A DNA stretch of 63,472 nucleotides, filler included, from Welwitschia mirabilis (Eukaryota): NCBI GenBank assembly GCA_051453625.1. It is 6 parts of one record of this genome, joined end to end, with 100 filler letters (N's around TTAATTAATTAA, not from the genome) between each part and the next. Parts side by side here need not be neighbours in the genome. Positions count along the whole stretch, not along the records: positions 50,067 to 52,608 come from JBOZIK010000001.1; positions 52,709 to 60,962 come from JBOZIK010000001.1; positions 61,063 to 63,472 come from JBOZIK010000001.1; 3 more parts are not named here. One strand, given 5' to 3'. The position numbers and the translations under genes were made by a program. Below, one piece after another: positions 50,901-63,472 of the stretch; within the stretch, counting starts at the first letter, position 1; every line of letters starts with the position of its first letter. Below the pieces are notes generated by a model. The model worked only from the letters and a program-made list of their open reading frames with translations. It was not told where the DNA came from and made no database searches.

Positions 50901-52608
50901 TTTTTTTAATTTTCAAATAAAACAAAAACCATACATTTTAAAAATATAAAAATAAAAAGAAATGAAATAAAACATCTACTCATTTTCTATGTTATAGTAA
51001 TTCTTTTCAAATAAGACACACTAATTCTTCCAAGTTCTATTGTAAAAACATGCTCCATTTATGGAATTAAGCCAACTTCTAACACCACTTATAATTTCTA
51101 AGTGTCTACATCAAAATAAGATTAAGTGAAATGTATGTATATTTTATCAAAAAGAAGCATTAATAAAGCTAACTGATTAGGACACACAATCTAGAATTAT
51201 TAAGTAGACAACCCTAATATTTATGCTTGAAAGGCAAGAATGAAAGCCTAAAGATTAATAAATAGTATATAAAAATGATATAAAAACAAATTGAAATTAA
51301 TTAGAAATCATATACAGTATTTTAAAATAATTTGGTACTTGCATTATATAATTTTCTATAATTATTAAAATTAGTTACAAATTTTCTTGGCTTTTAGAAA
51401 GCATTAAAACTAAAAATTTTGAATTAATTATTTAAAAATACAAAAATAAATTAGATTTATTTTTCCTAAACTAGACTCATTATACCATCTCTAAAATCTA
51501 ATTTTAATAAATTTAATTTAGTATTTATGTATTTCATAGGTCTAAACTTTAAACTGTTAAACTACCTAAATTTTAGATTTGCTAAACTAATACCCTTTAC
51601 TAAAATGGCCATAACTTTTAATATACTTGGAGTTTCTCAATGAGTAAATAGTTTTTGGAAATCTCATTAAATTATCTACAAGTTGGAGTACTCTATTTAT
51701 ATCCAAAATGTCCTATAGGATCCAAATCGGACCTATCACATTCATTAATAATGAATCAAAAAATCCTTACAAGTAAAAATTGAAACTTTTGCTTGTTGTT
51801 TTTTGCTTATAAATTTTAAGTTATTTTTATAAAATAAATTTTAAAAAATATTTTACTCTCTAAAAAATTACTGATTTAGAACTTTTAACTTTTTAACATG
51901 ATTATAGACCTTTACAAATTTTTTTAATAAATTATTACTTAGTATTAAATGAGTTATGACTTTTTATATTACGCCTCACTTTTAGAGGGAAAAAAACTTT
52001 AACTAAACTAAGAATAAGAGAAGCTAGAATAATTTATAAAATAAAAGTTAATTAAATTAAATATGAACTCATAATAAAAATTCATATTCTAAATATATAA
52101 AACACAATTATAAGTAATATAAACTCAACTGACTATGATAAATAATGCATCAATACCATAAGCCTTAGGATTTTCTAAGAAAGAGTGCCTAGCCTAAATA
52201 GATTCTTGAGGATCAGACGTGCTCACCATAATAAGACTCTAATTCAATTCTATTGTAAGATGTATTTTAACAATAATACAATGAAACACAACATGTGTAT
52301 CCAAAANNNNNNNNNACCCATTGGTCGCTTGGCCAAAATATCTATTAGACACACAGAAGCTCAGCATGTTAAGAGGTCCCTCAACTCTCTTCCTCATCTT
52401 AGTCTATGCCAATAAGAGAGAAAATAATATATATATATATATATATATTGGTATCAGCCAATGGAAGGGAAAATACAAATCATATGCATAGGTCTAATGC
52501 AAGAAATGAAGCTAAAATTATCACGAAAGTAGAGCCTACTTGGAGGGAAGAAGATTTATAATTCTTGAATAAGATTGATGAAGTGCTAAGCTCTAAGATC
52601 CTAGCTCC

Positions 52609-52708
52609 NNNNNNNNNNNNNNNNNNNNNNNNNNNNNNNNNNNNNNNNNNNNTTAATTAATTAANNNNNNNNNNNNNNNNNNNNNNNNNNNNNNNNNNNN
52701 NNNNNNNN
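52609..52708. other. Artificial scaffold linker
   Basis: 44N-TTAATTAATTAA-44N. Confidence 0.97.
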
Positions 52709-55519
52709 AAAATGGAAAGGTTAACTTTAAATACCTTTACAAAGATATGTAACTTAAAAGAGTTAAGAAAATTATGCCTACTATAGAAATTGAAAAAAAA
52801 AATCTAAAAGATCAAAGAGAGAAATCAAAAATGGAAAAAAGAAAAAAAGGAAAAATCTCCATCCAACCTAAACCAAATCCTAGAGAAGCAATAAGTAAGG
52901 TAGTAACTACTATATCTAGGAAGCAAAAAGTGATACATGAATCATAAAGAAAGAATATAAATTTAAGCAACTCCCTAAATAAAGGGGAAAAAAGGCTAAA
53001 GAAAAACAGTGGATGATGCCTCAATAGATTCTTTATATTTTCCAATGAGAAGTAAACAAATAGAACATCCAAAAGTTAAATAGGATATGAAATATTTAAT
53101 AAAGATATTAGAAGATACAAAAATATCATTACCTCTTTTAAAGTTATTGAAAGATGTACCTATGTATTGGAAATAAATGAAGAGCACATATTTAAAACAA
53201 GAGAGTAAAAAGGAAAACAAGAAGAAAAAACAAATTGAAATGGTAAGAAAGGATCAAGTTTCTTATGATTCCACATAAGTTCTTTAAAATAAATAATATG
53301 AAAAGTATAGTGATTCTAGAACACCTATGAGGGATGTAAAAATTAATGGAAAACTTAAAGTAGAATCACTTGTGGATCTTGAAGCAAGTATCAACGTTAT
53401 GGCCTATGAAACTTATGAACAATTGGGAAAACTAAAGTTAAAACCTTATCAAGGAAAAGTATATTTAGCAAATGGCTCAGCAATGATGCTTGAAGAAGTT
53501 CTAAAAGATGTAACCATTAAACTCCAAGGTTTTATTTGCTTGATAGATTTATTAGTGATGAAGGCTCAAGAAGACATCCATGCAATGATATTAGGGAGAT
53601 CTTGGATGGCTACTATAGATGCTACTATTTATTTTAGAAGGGGAGTAATGAAAATTAGTCTAAAAGATCTTAAAAAAGAGATTAAACTTTCTGATGTAAT
53701 AGTTGTTGAAGAAATGGTACAAAACATAGAAGTAAGAACCAATGCAATTTTAACACAAAAAGTCAATCTAATATTAAATAAAGAAAATGAAAAGAAATAT
53801 GATGAGGAAGATTTGATAACTCAAGAGATAGAAAAGCCTCCACTTAAAGAAGTATTAGAATATATTAAAGTAGCTCCTAATAGACTTATAGTCATAAATA
53901 GTTGTTTAACTCATTTTTAAAAAGAAAACTTAAGTCGATGTTGACTAAAATAAAAAGAGTCTTTACTTGGGATTATATAAATATTAAAGGAATAGATCCA
54001 AAAATATGTCAACGTAGAATCTATTTAGATACTTCTATCAAACCAAGCCAACAATTAGAAAGAAGATGTAACCCACACATGCAAGAGATAATTAAACTAA
54101 TCTTATGAAAATTGTGCCAAAGAAAGAAATAAATGGAGAGCATGTAAATATTTTAGAATGTTACATACTACAACTTATAAATATTACTTTCCTCTTCTAT
54201 TTATAGACCAAGTTTTAAAAATAGTATCTAGACATCAATACTATAGCTTTCTGGATGAATAAAATGGCTGTAACCAAGTCCCTATAGCTTTATAGGACTA
54301 AACCATAACAACCTTCACTTGTTATTGGGGTACTTAAGCCTATAAAGTACTACCATTTAGTTTATGTAATGCTCCTTCTACCTTTTAAAGTTTAGTAAAT
54401 AGAATTTTTCAATATATGATAAGAAGATTAGTTAAAGTATTTATGGATGATTTCTTAATGTTTGGAAATGACTTTGAAGAGTTACTCCATAGACTACAAA
54501 GAGTTTGAAAGAGATGAAAAGAAAAATTCCTTAGACTTAGCTGGTCAAAAAGTCATTTTATGATGATAGAAGGCATAGTACTAGGACATAAGGTTTCTCA
54601 AAAAGGGATTGAAACTAATTAAAAAAAAAAATTAATGCTATAAAAGACATCCCATCCCCAACCAAATTGAAAGAATTAAAATATTTCCTAGGACATGTTG
54701 GATATTATAGAAGATTCATATCCAACTTTGATAAAGTTGCTAAATCTTTAAGTAACCTCTTACAAAAGGATGTGGAATATGAATGAACTGACAAATGTCA
54801 AAATGCTTATTAAACCTTAAAATGTAAACTTTTATCAACACCTATTTTACAAGGGCCAAATTATACAAGAACATTTCACATTATGACTAATACATCTAAT
54901 CATGCTGTGAGAGCAGTTTTAGGATAAAAGATTAAGATAATAAACCTTATGCCATTTCTTACATTAGCATGAACTTCAAGCTCGCTCAACAAAACTGCAT
55001 AGTAATAGAAAAAGAATTGTTGACAGTGGTAATGGCATTAGAAAAATTCAAACATTATATTTTAGATTATGAAGTAAAAGTTCATACTAACCATAGTGCC
55101 ATTAGATTTCTAATAAATAAGAAAGAAGCAAATTTGAGAATTATGAAATGGATATTGTTAATGCAAGAGTTTGATTTAAAAATTATAGATAAAAAAGGGA
55201 TAAAGAATGTGGTAGAAAATTACCTTACAATTTCCAGATGAAGAATAAATTAATATAAGAGATGAGTTTCTAGATGAACATCTTTTTCAAGTAATAACAA
55301 ATCCATTGTATGCTAATATAGATAACTTTCTTGTAAGAAAAATCTTACCATCTTTTATAACTTACTATGCAAGAAAAATATTTCTAAGGAAATATAGAGA
55401 TTATATTTGGCATGATAATATGTTATTTAGAGAATGCAAAAATTATGTTATTAGAAAATTTATAGAATAAAACCTATAAAATGAAATCTTAAAGGAAGCT
55501 CATGAAGGAGAAGGAGGAG
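52709..55519 (+). pseudogene. Athila-like gag end-protease-RT-RNase H-integrase start, interrupted by A4
   Basis: SLVDLEASINVM, MILGRSWMAT, KGIDPKICQRRIYL, VFMDDF, FLGHVGYYRRFI, EKELLTVV, KWILLMQEFDLKIIDKKG, ILKEAHEGEGG then the LTR junction. Confidence 0.9.
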
Positions 55520-57132
55520 TGTTGCAGTGTGTATTTATACAACATTTACATCTTGAATAAAATATTATTAATTACAAATAATAATACATAAACACAACAT
55601 ACTAATATAGACGAGAGTTGACCCAAATGTCATAATTTGTCGAAGGCCAAAATAGAAAATAAGAGAGTTGCTTTTAAAAGAGAAATACTTATACCCTAAT
55701 CCATAGAAATCACTTGCAATGCATGAAAGTAAAATGAAACACACTTGTGCAAAGCTAATCTAGGAAAAGGAAACAACAATGCACTTAACCTAAACTAACC
55801 TAGCATAACCTTGACAAAGGTTACCCTCATAACCTATGTTACTAGAAAAACTATCATCAGATCAAAAGCAACATAAGCTATGAGGGTGAGAAATGACCAC
55901 ACATTGAAGCATAAAAAAGAAAATATTTTATATTAAGAATTGAACAACATCCATGTTACAACTTATCCACATCTTAATGGAGGAAGTGCCATCCAACACT
56001 AAGGAAAAATCTCTCTAAAACTACATGATGAATCTCTGACCCTTCAATCTTCTTCCATGAGAATTTCTAGTACAAACAAAGATGAGCAGGAGTCAAGGGT
56101 AAGATCTCTATTTATTCACTCAAACAAATAACAACAAAAATAGAAAGATATGGGTAAATGTAATGACCACACAAAGGGAACATAAAAATACAAGTAGTGG
56201 AAGTTTGGTGAATGTTTAGTATAGACGTTACAATAGTTTCATCTAGCTGGTCATCTGAATGATAGAGGAGATGATGCCATCTCATAATCAATCCACATTA
56301 GTTGCTAGATAGACTTCACTTAGCATCTAGTTGACATAATCATCCATACAGTTATCCAGATGATGAGCTGAATGATAGACTTCAATAATTCTTCAATTAT
56401 TACATTAGCCTCAATGTTTGTAGGAAGTTATCTTCAGAAATACAAAGTATTCATATTCATTCAGAATACTATAAATTATCATGAAGATTGCATATTTCCA
56501 TCCTTTTCATTATAGCTCTTCATTATCATGGAAATCAAGTGCTTACCTATCTATTTACCTACAAAACAACTTTAAATACTCTATCAAATATGCATAAGTT
56601 GGTAGCATAACATAGCCCCCACTTAACCTTATCAGTTCCTGATAAAACTAGGTGATAAATCATGTTTGTGAGCCAACTTATTAGATAATAAAACAACTAG
56701 AATACTTGAGGAAATTATATCAGAAAGATCTATAGAAATTACAGAGATACACAACTAAATTTTTGAAAAATCAGAAAAACTAAATAAAACACCTGTCATA
56801 AGCTCACAGTCGATCATCCTGGTTGTCATCCAGATGATGGAGAGGAAGCGAGCCTCAGAAAAGAGTTTTAAAATCTAGAACCTACTACAAAAGTTTATTT
56901 TTATAGATAATCAGTTAAACATAATAAATAGCTTCCTACTAAAATAAATAGTTAAGAATGAAAATTTGCCTAAGTATAAATAAAACCTCATCATAAGAGT
57001 TAAAGATAATCATATAAAATTAGAAAAAATGAATACACCATGCTAGGAAAAAAATGATGTATCTCTATAAGATCAAAAGAGAATTTTTAGTATAAAAAGT
57101 ATAGAAGGGGAGATGTCAAATATAATACAAAA

Positions 57133-58966
57133 TCACTCCCATCATCTACGCATGATGAACTGTGGCTCAACAGCCAGCTTAAGAGCAGGGGAAGAAGAAG
57201 TAAGATGCTTAGGATTTGTGGGGAGATAGACATCTAGAGATATGATGATGGATCTAATTGTCTTATCTCCCTAGGCATGAACCAACTCAGGAATATCTAA
57301 AGTCATACTCTACTGAATAGAGATAATGCACTAGTGCATGTTTACCATCTGGTCCTTTATGTGCTATGTTCTCCTCTCAATGAATACGATCCACTACTTA
57401 ACTGTCTATTCAAAATTCTAAATCCTTTAATTGAGTGCCTAGATACTTCTATCTATGAAACCTCTGATGGTCTCGATGGTCTCAGCTAAGATAGCTTGAA
57501 TCTATTTAAGAAAAGCTCTAATTGTAGGTCTCTGTACTTGAGGTCTCTCTGCCTTTTATAGAGCTTATATATTCATGTCATGTAGATAGTAAACAGATGT
57601 CTAAGTGTGTAAAACATGTTGCTCATGCATGGGCTCTGGTATCCCAAATCGTCTAAAAAGAGCTAAGAGGAGGCATGGATAACTAAGTGTCTGTAGCTAT
57701 CATGCCTCTATCATGGACCTAAGTCTGCTCCAGATAAAAGTCGATAAATTCATCTGCTCCCCTATTGAAAAGCTGCTAGAATCTAAAGGTGCACCACCAT
57801 GGAATGACTATTATGAAATGATGGACTGATGTTATGAATTAGTCCTCTATGTAATAATCTATAAGTAGGGGTCAACTAAGTAACATTTACCCATCATTGA
57901 TCTATAGTCAGGTTAGTTGGTATGTCTAAAATGGCATCATAAGCTCAACGCTTCTGTATTCCACTAGCTGAATGAATGTGCATACTCACAAGCCCTTCAA
58001 TATCTATGATAATAAAAATGTGTAATGGAAGTATGACTATCTCGTGATCTTGTATGAAGGTGATGATTAAGTACTGAAGCTGTCCACGAGCATCAGGTTG
58101 CCTTTCTATGTGCATGGTATTATAAAATTTTCTCGTCTCTGATACATAATAAGATTCATGCACATCTATGATCTAATGGAGCCATAAATATATCAACCTA
58201 TGATCTACCTTAGGCTCTATATGGTGCATGAAATCTCTAAAATATCACTCAACATGGATAGTAGTAGTCTGTATGCTCAAAGATTGACCATGTTGAGGTG
58301 GCATATGCATGGGCAATGCATGCTCAATCTCTAGCTCTGTCAAAGGGCTTTCCTCCTACTCTATAGCCTCAGCCATTTTCTAAACCTATCTATCTCTACA
58401 CATACGTGGCCTACTCAATTTTCGAAGACAAAAAAAATTATCATGCGAAAACAGATAGATAAGTTAAAAACATCGCATGGATGCAATAACGATCCTTGAA
58501 ATTGATAAAAAACTAGAAAAAATATTAAAAATATGTCCTGCCTCCTTCTAAAAGATGCAATGCATCTCACATTATCTAAATGTATGAAAAGAAAGGAGAA
58601 AAATGTGAAAAGTATGAAAATAATACTTTTAGTAGACCTCACATAAAGTGAAAATTGAAAGTGTTCAAATAAAAAATCTAATTTAGAAAACTCGTAGAAC
58701 ACATTGAAATGATTAATTTTGCCTAAAGGCTTACTACGTCTTTATCTATGGTTTGCAAACAAATGAGTGCAAAAAATAAAAATTTGAAAATACCTTGTAA
58801 AATATAAAAAATCTTATATCTCGAAAAATATGTGGTAAAATTTAAATCCATAAGTCCTAAAATAAAGAATGCAAAAAATTAAATGATATATGTGAAAACT
58901 ACATGTCGAAAGGCTGAAAAATAAGAGGAAAAAAGAAAAATAGAAGGAGAGATAAACATACCTCAT
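57133..58966 (-). pseudogene. Spliced accessory gene, copy 3 (exon 1 58966-58962, intron 58961-58411, exon 2 58410-57133)
   Basis: ATGAG|GTATG...GTAG|GCCACGT gives MRPR; contains ORF 57945..58163 (SYYVSETRKFY). Confidence 0.7.
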
Positions 58967-60894
58967 TTTTGCAAACCTAATGAAAACTCATGAATCTAGT
59001 AATAAAACTAAGTAGGAGAAGTTTTGAAATGCTAGTTCTAGCTAGAGAAGTTATCATCTCTTAAAAAAAAGAAGGAAAANNNNNNNNNNNNNNNNNNNNN
59101 NNNNNNNNNNNNNNNNNNNNNNNNNNNNNNNNNNNNNNNNNNNNNNNNNNNNNNNNNNNNNNNNNNNNNNNNNNNNNNNNNNNNNNNNNNNNNNNNNNNN
59201 NNNNNNNNNNNNNNNNNNNNNNNNNNNNNNNNNNNNNNNNNNNNNNNNNNNNNNNNNNNNNNNNNNNNNNNNNNNNNNNNNNNNNNNNNNNNNNNNNNNN
59301 NNNNNNNNNNNNNNNNNNNNNNNNNNNNNNNNNNNNNNNNNNNNNNNNNNNNNNNNNNNNNNNNNNNNNNNNNNNNNNNNNNNNNNNNNNNNNNNNNNNN
59401 NNNNNNNNNNNNNNNNNNNNNNNNNNNNNNNNNNNNNNNNNNNNNNNNNNNNNNNNNNNNNNNNNNNNNNNNNNNNNNNNNNNNNNNNNNNNNNNNNNNN
59501 NNNNNNNNNNNNNNAAGTTTTGAAATGCTAGTTCTAGCTAGAGAAGTTATCATCTCTTAAAAAAATGAAGGAAAATAATGAAAAGATAAGAGAAAATGAG
59601 AAAAAATTATTTGAGCCATGGTTTTATCACACTGTCATCCAGTCGCGTTATCCAGATGACAGCCCTAGGATGACTTTCATAGAAAATCAGACCATCATAT
59701 GGCCAGTGTCATCTGGACGATAAGGTGAATGATGGAGCATCAAAAATATTTTTAGAAAGAAACATATTAGCCAAAAAAGTTAGGCTCAGATATGATCATT
59801 GAGGTAGCAGTTCTAAAAAAAAGATACAAAGACAAAAAATCACACAGAAAACCAAGAAAAAAGAATAAACAACAAAAAATAAAAAACTATGAATGAAAAA
59901 AATAGATTATCTAGGTTGAAACATGTAGAAAACTATAAGAATTTGCCCAAATAAAAAATGAAAGCAAGGTAAACTCAGAAATATATAAGCTATGAAGGAG
60001 CTCATAAAAACTTATGGAATAAAAAGATGTTTTTTTAAAGGTTTTCAAATTCTCTTTGAAAAAATGATTTAACATGATTGAATAGTAAGGAAACTACTAA
60101 ATGATTAAAGTACTATGAAAGAATAAGTAAATGTGAAGATAACTTTAAAATTCTAAAATAAAAAATGAAAGAAACACAAAGTGAAAATGGACAGAAGAAA
60201 TAAGGAGAAGATTATTTATTTATTTTAAGTATTAACTTAGAAAACTCCTAAGGAAAACATTATAACATCACTTAAGTAAATATGCATGATAAAATGTATA
60301 TACTTCATAAAGTTCACTAAAAAAGGTAGTGGTTATGGTGATAGTCAAAGTTTTAAGTGTATAAAATAATAAATATCAAAATCAAAAGTTATTTAAAAAT
60401 GAACTTGCCTGCTCTTACCCCACAAACTCACCAGAATCTTCAAAAGTAAAATAACCAAGTGGGAATACTAAGAGTCTAGGAAATAAGTAATGATTTTGAT
60501 GATACTAGGGATACCACTAGTCTCTAACCTTAAAGTTTATTTCTATTTCCATGATAAGGGAAGTGCAATGACTATTAGAGGACGAGGAACCCGCGAAGCA
60601 TGGNNNNNNNNNNNNNNNNNNNNNNNNNNNNNNNNNNNNNNNNNNNNNNNNNNNNNNNNNNNNNNNNNNNNNNNNNNNNNNNNNNNNNNNNNNNNNNNNN
60701 NNNAGGGAAGTGCAATGACTATTAGAGGATGAGGAACCCGCGAAGCATGGCCAACTGACCCCCCAATGGAGTTTCCACAACTATCAACACTACCAAATGT
60801 TACTTTCAAAAATATTTACTCTGGTGCAGTAGAACATCATAGTGGCCATGTATTTTTCTTTGAAGCATAAAATATAATAGCTCATGGTCATTAT

Positions 60895-60909
60895 TTCTCT
60901 CTCTTCTCT

Positions 60910-60941
<32 letters not shown>
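60895..60941. repeat. (CT)n microsatellite
   Basis: Imperfect then perfect CT run. Confidence 0.85.
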
Positions 60942-60962
60942 AAATTCACACATGATCACAAA

Positions 60963-61062
60963 NNNNNNNNNNNNNNNNNNNNNNNNNNNNNNNNNNNNNN
61001 NNNNNNTTAATTAATTAANNNNNNNNNNNNNNNNNNNNNNNNNNNNNNNNNNNNNNNNNNNN
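60963..61062. other. Artificial scaffold linker
   Basis: 44N-TTAATTAATTAA-44N. Confidence 0.97.
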
Positions 61063-63472
61063 ATAATATCAACTTTAGAAGTGTCCATCCTAGTCCCCTC
61101 TTGAGAGATATGATGACCTAAAATAATGCCACTTTCTACAAGAAAAAGACTCTTTTCCCAACTCAAGTGGAGAACATTAGAAATGCAATAGTCTAAGACT
61201 TTCTCTGAACGATCTAAGATTTGTTCAAAAGTTTTAGCATAAATAGAGAATTCATCCATGAAAATCTCAATGGAATCCTCAAGCATATTAGAAAAGATGC
61301 TCATCATAGCATGCTAAAAAGTACCAGGAGCATTACAAAGTCCAAAAGACATGCATTTAAAAGTAAAAGTGCTGAAAGGAGAAGTAAAAGTGGCTTTGGA
61401 TTGATCCTCATTAGCAATGCAAACTTGGTTGTAACCAATATAACTGTCAAGGAAATAGTAAAAATCATAACCATGAATCCTATCAGGAATCTGGTCAACA
61501 AAAGATAAAAGACAGTGGTCTTTTTTGGTTACTTCATTTATTTTTTGAAAGTCTATGCACATGTATCATTTCCCACTCTTTTTAGGAACTACCATCAAGG
61601 GGCTAACCCACTCACTATTAGCAATGGAGTAAATGATTCCAACATTCATTAGTTTAATGATTTCATCTTTTAAAATTGTTTAAAGGCTAGATTAAGTCTA
61701 CATTAGGGTTTTATCACAGGTTTAGTATTTTCTTTAAGGTAGATTTTATGTTACACAATAGACATGGGTATGGATGTCAAATCGTTATGGGACCAAGCAA
61801 ACGCATTTACCTTAGATTGTAGAAGATAGATAAGACTTGATTGAGGGGTAAGGTTTTTGTTGATAATCAATGGTTTATTTAGGTCACTATTCAGGACAAT
61901 GTATTTTAATCCATTGTCTAAAGGTTTTAGGTTTAGGTTTAAGTTCAAATTTTTAGTTTTTGAAAAATTCTCAAAATTACAGACTTTCATCTCAGACAGC
62001 CATTTGGATATCAATGGTGGATGAATAATCTCAAAATAAGAAATCTTAGGTCTACTAAATTCTTAGACTTCTGCACAATTGACAGACTTATGCTCTCTAC
62101 TCTCTATATCAGAAAACTCAGTTTTTAGATGGTTAAACTAAAGTTGATCATCAAAAACATATAGACAGTCTACTTCTGATTTATCATCAAATAGGATTGG
62201 TTCGTGAAGTATGGACCATCTTTCCTCAATTGGATGGTTCTATAAAAATAGAGTTGGCCAAATTTATTTATCTAAACTCAAATCATTGCCTAAATCTTTT
62301 TTGAATACATGAAACACTCTTGTTGAAAATTGTTTATTCCTAAAATGATACTTCATTAATTTGCTTATTGTATCTATGATGCAGTGGGCTGTTACATAGA
62401 AAGCTCTATCCAAAAGTAAGGGATATTCACCATGGTGTTTAACTTCTAAAAAAACTACATGAATAGGTTAGAAAGATTCTTTTATCTAAATAACTAAGTC
62501 CTTAATTACACCTAACAGTTTTCTCATAGATGTACCAACTAACTCCAAGATAATTCATGTATGTTCTACTCTTTCTTCCAAAACAAGTCATTAACAAATG
62601 TGTAAGGGAATAATGTTGACACTAGATCTAATATCTTTTAAGGATTTCTTTATTCTACGGTTTTCTTCTAAAGTGATACTCACCATTACCGCCCCTAGAT
62701 CTTTAAACTTTGGACATTTTTGGCAAAGCAAATTGCTAACGGATTGAGATAGAAGACTTTATTAAAGATGGTTTGTTTTTTTTCTTTTTATTAGATCTTT
62801 TTATAGCTTATAATATCTTGGGTTTTTTACCAAAAGTTTCCAAAAAAGCAAGTTGATGCTCACATTTTGCATTAAGGATTTTAAATGATAATGAAAAAAG
62901 GGGTTTGTGTTAATCCTATTAAGTCATAAGGTAGTAGGTTTCTTGTGTAAAGGATCTTTCTTTTTGTTGCTTAACAAAAAAGGAAAAAAATGGTTTTATA
63001 AGATTTATATGTCCTCTTCCTCATCATTCTTGTCACTTTGTGATGTTGAAGCCTCATGGGTAGGAGAAGTTGTGTTATTTCCACTTCTTGTTATCACGTT
63101 ACAATCTTTTCTAACTTTATTTAGATTTAGTAAAGGTTGAGTAACAAGAGATCCTTATGGTCTTTGGTTGACAAGTATAGTTTATTATAGAATACTCATA
63201 AGGTTTTCTATGTTGATGTTTATTTTTTCTTGTGTTTTTATCAACCCCTTAATGAAATTTTTAAGAAGATCACTATGGGTTTGGAAGTTGGATGAGTTTG
63301 CCAATTTATTTAAATTGTTGAATTGAAAGTTTGAGTTCTTAAATCTATTTCTGAAAGGTTGGAAGTGATGTGTTTAAAAATTTTTAGAGTTGGGTTATTC
63401 ACTCATACTATGTTGAAAGTTGTGATTTTGAACTTGTCTTTGATTTTGGTTGTAAGTTAAAGATCTTTGGTT
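61063..63472 (-). pseudogene. Athila-like gag end-protease-RT remnant, close relative of H
   Basis: MCIDFQKINEVTKKDH, FLDSYIGYNQV, MSFGLCNAPGTF, IFMDEF, LGHHISQEG, KFKDLG. Colinear with ~18500-20800. Confidence 0.9.

Larger units (their letters stand above)
55520..60962 (-). mobile_element. Athila-like element A4, 3' half (3' LTR 55520-56612, PPT 56613-56624)
   Basis: TGTTGCAG...CATAACA LTR; rc colinear with ~11580-16591. Confidence 0.9.

Noticed and set aside
52449-52608. PBS-like tggtatcag followed by an ATG
   Set aside because: Too short, truncated by the linker, with no diagnostic gag motif.
61250-61265. RT active site FMDE as a novel variant
   Set aside because: A single substitution in a dead copy; relatives in the window keep FMDD.

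Overview
AT-rich land-plant nuclear DNA made almost entirely of decayed, nested LTR retrotransposons. I can support no host gene, RNA gene or CRISPR array. The window is six scaffolds joined by an artificial 100-nt spacer (44 N + TTAATTAATTAA + 44 N), so adjacency across those spacers is not biological. Content: (i) several Athila-like Ty3/gypsy copies with ~1.0-1.2 kb LTRs and a tRNA-Asp-type PBS, nested in one another; (ii) a Sirevirus (Ty1/copia) insertion with three LTRs and two complementary internal domains inside one near-matching TSD; (iii) Tat/Ogre-like, Tekay-like and Ale-like remnants plus small tandem repeats. Most notable signal: the Athila-like family carries a ~440-codon accessory gene with an apparent 5-nt first coding exon (ATG AG), a ~540-nt intron and a phase-matched acceptor, conserved in three copies. 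The Sirevirus carries a protein with the same motif series. In both families a family-specific CG-containing palindromic motif is clustered in the LTR and directly upstream of the accessory gene, suggesting (inference only) a protein + cis-motif regulatory or anti-silencing module. All alignments and translations were done by eye.
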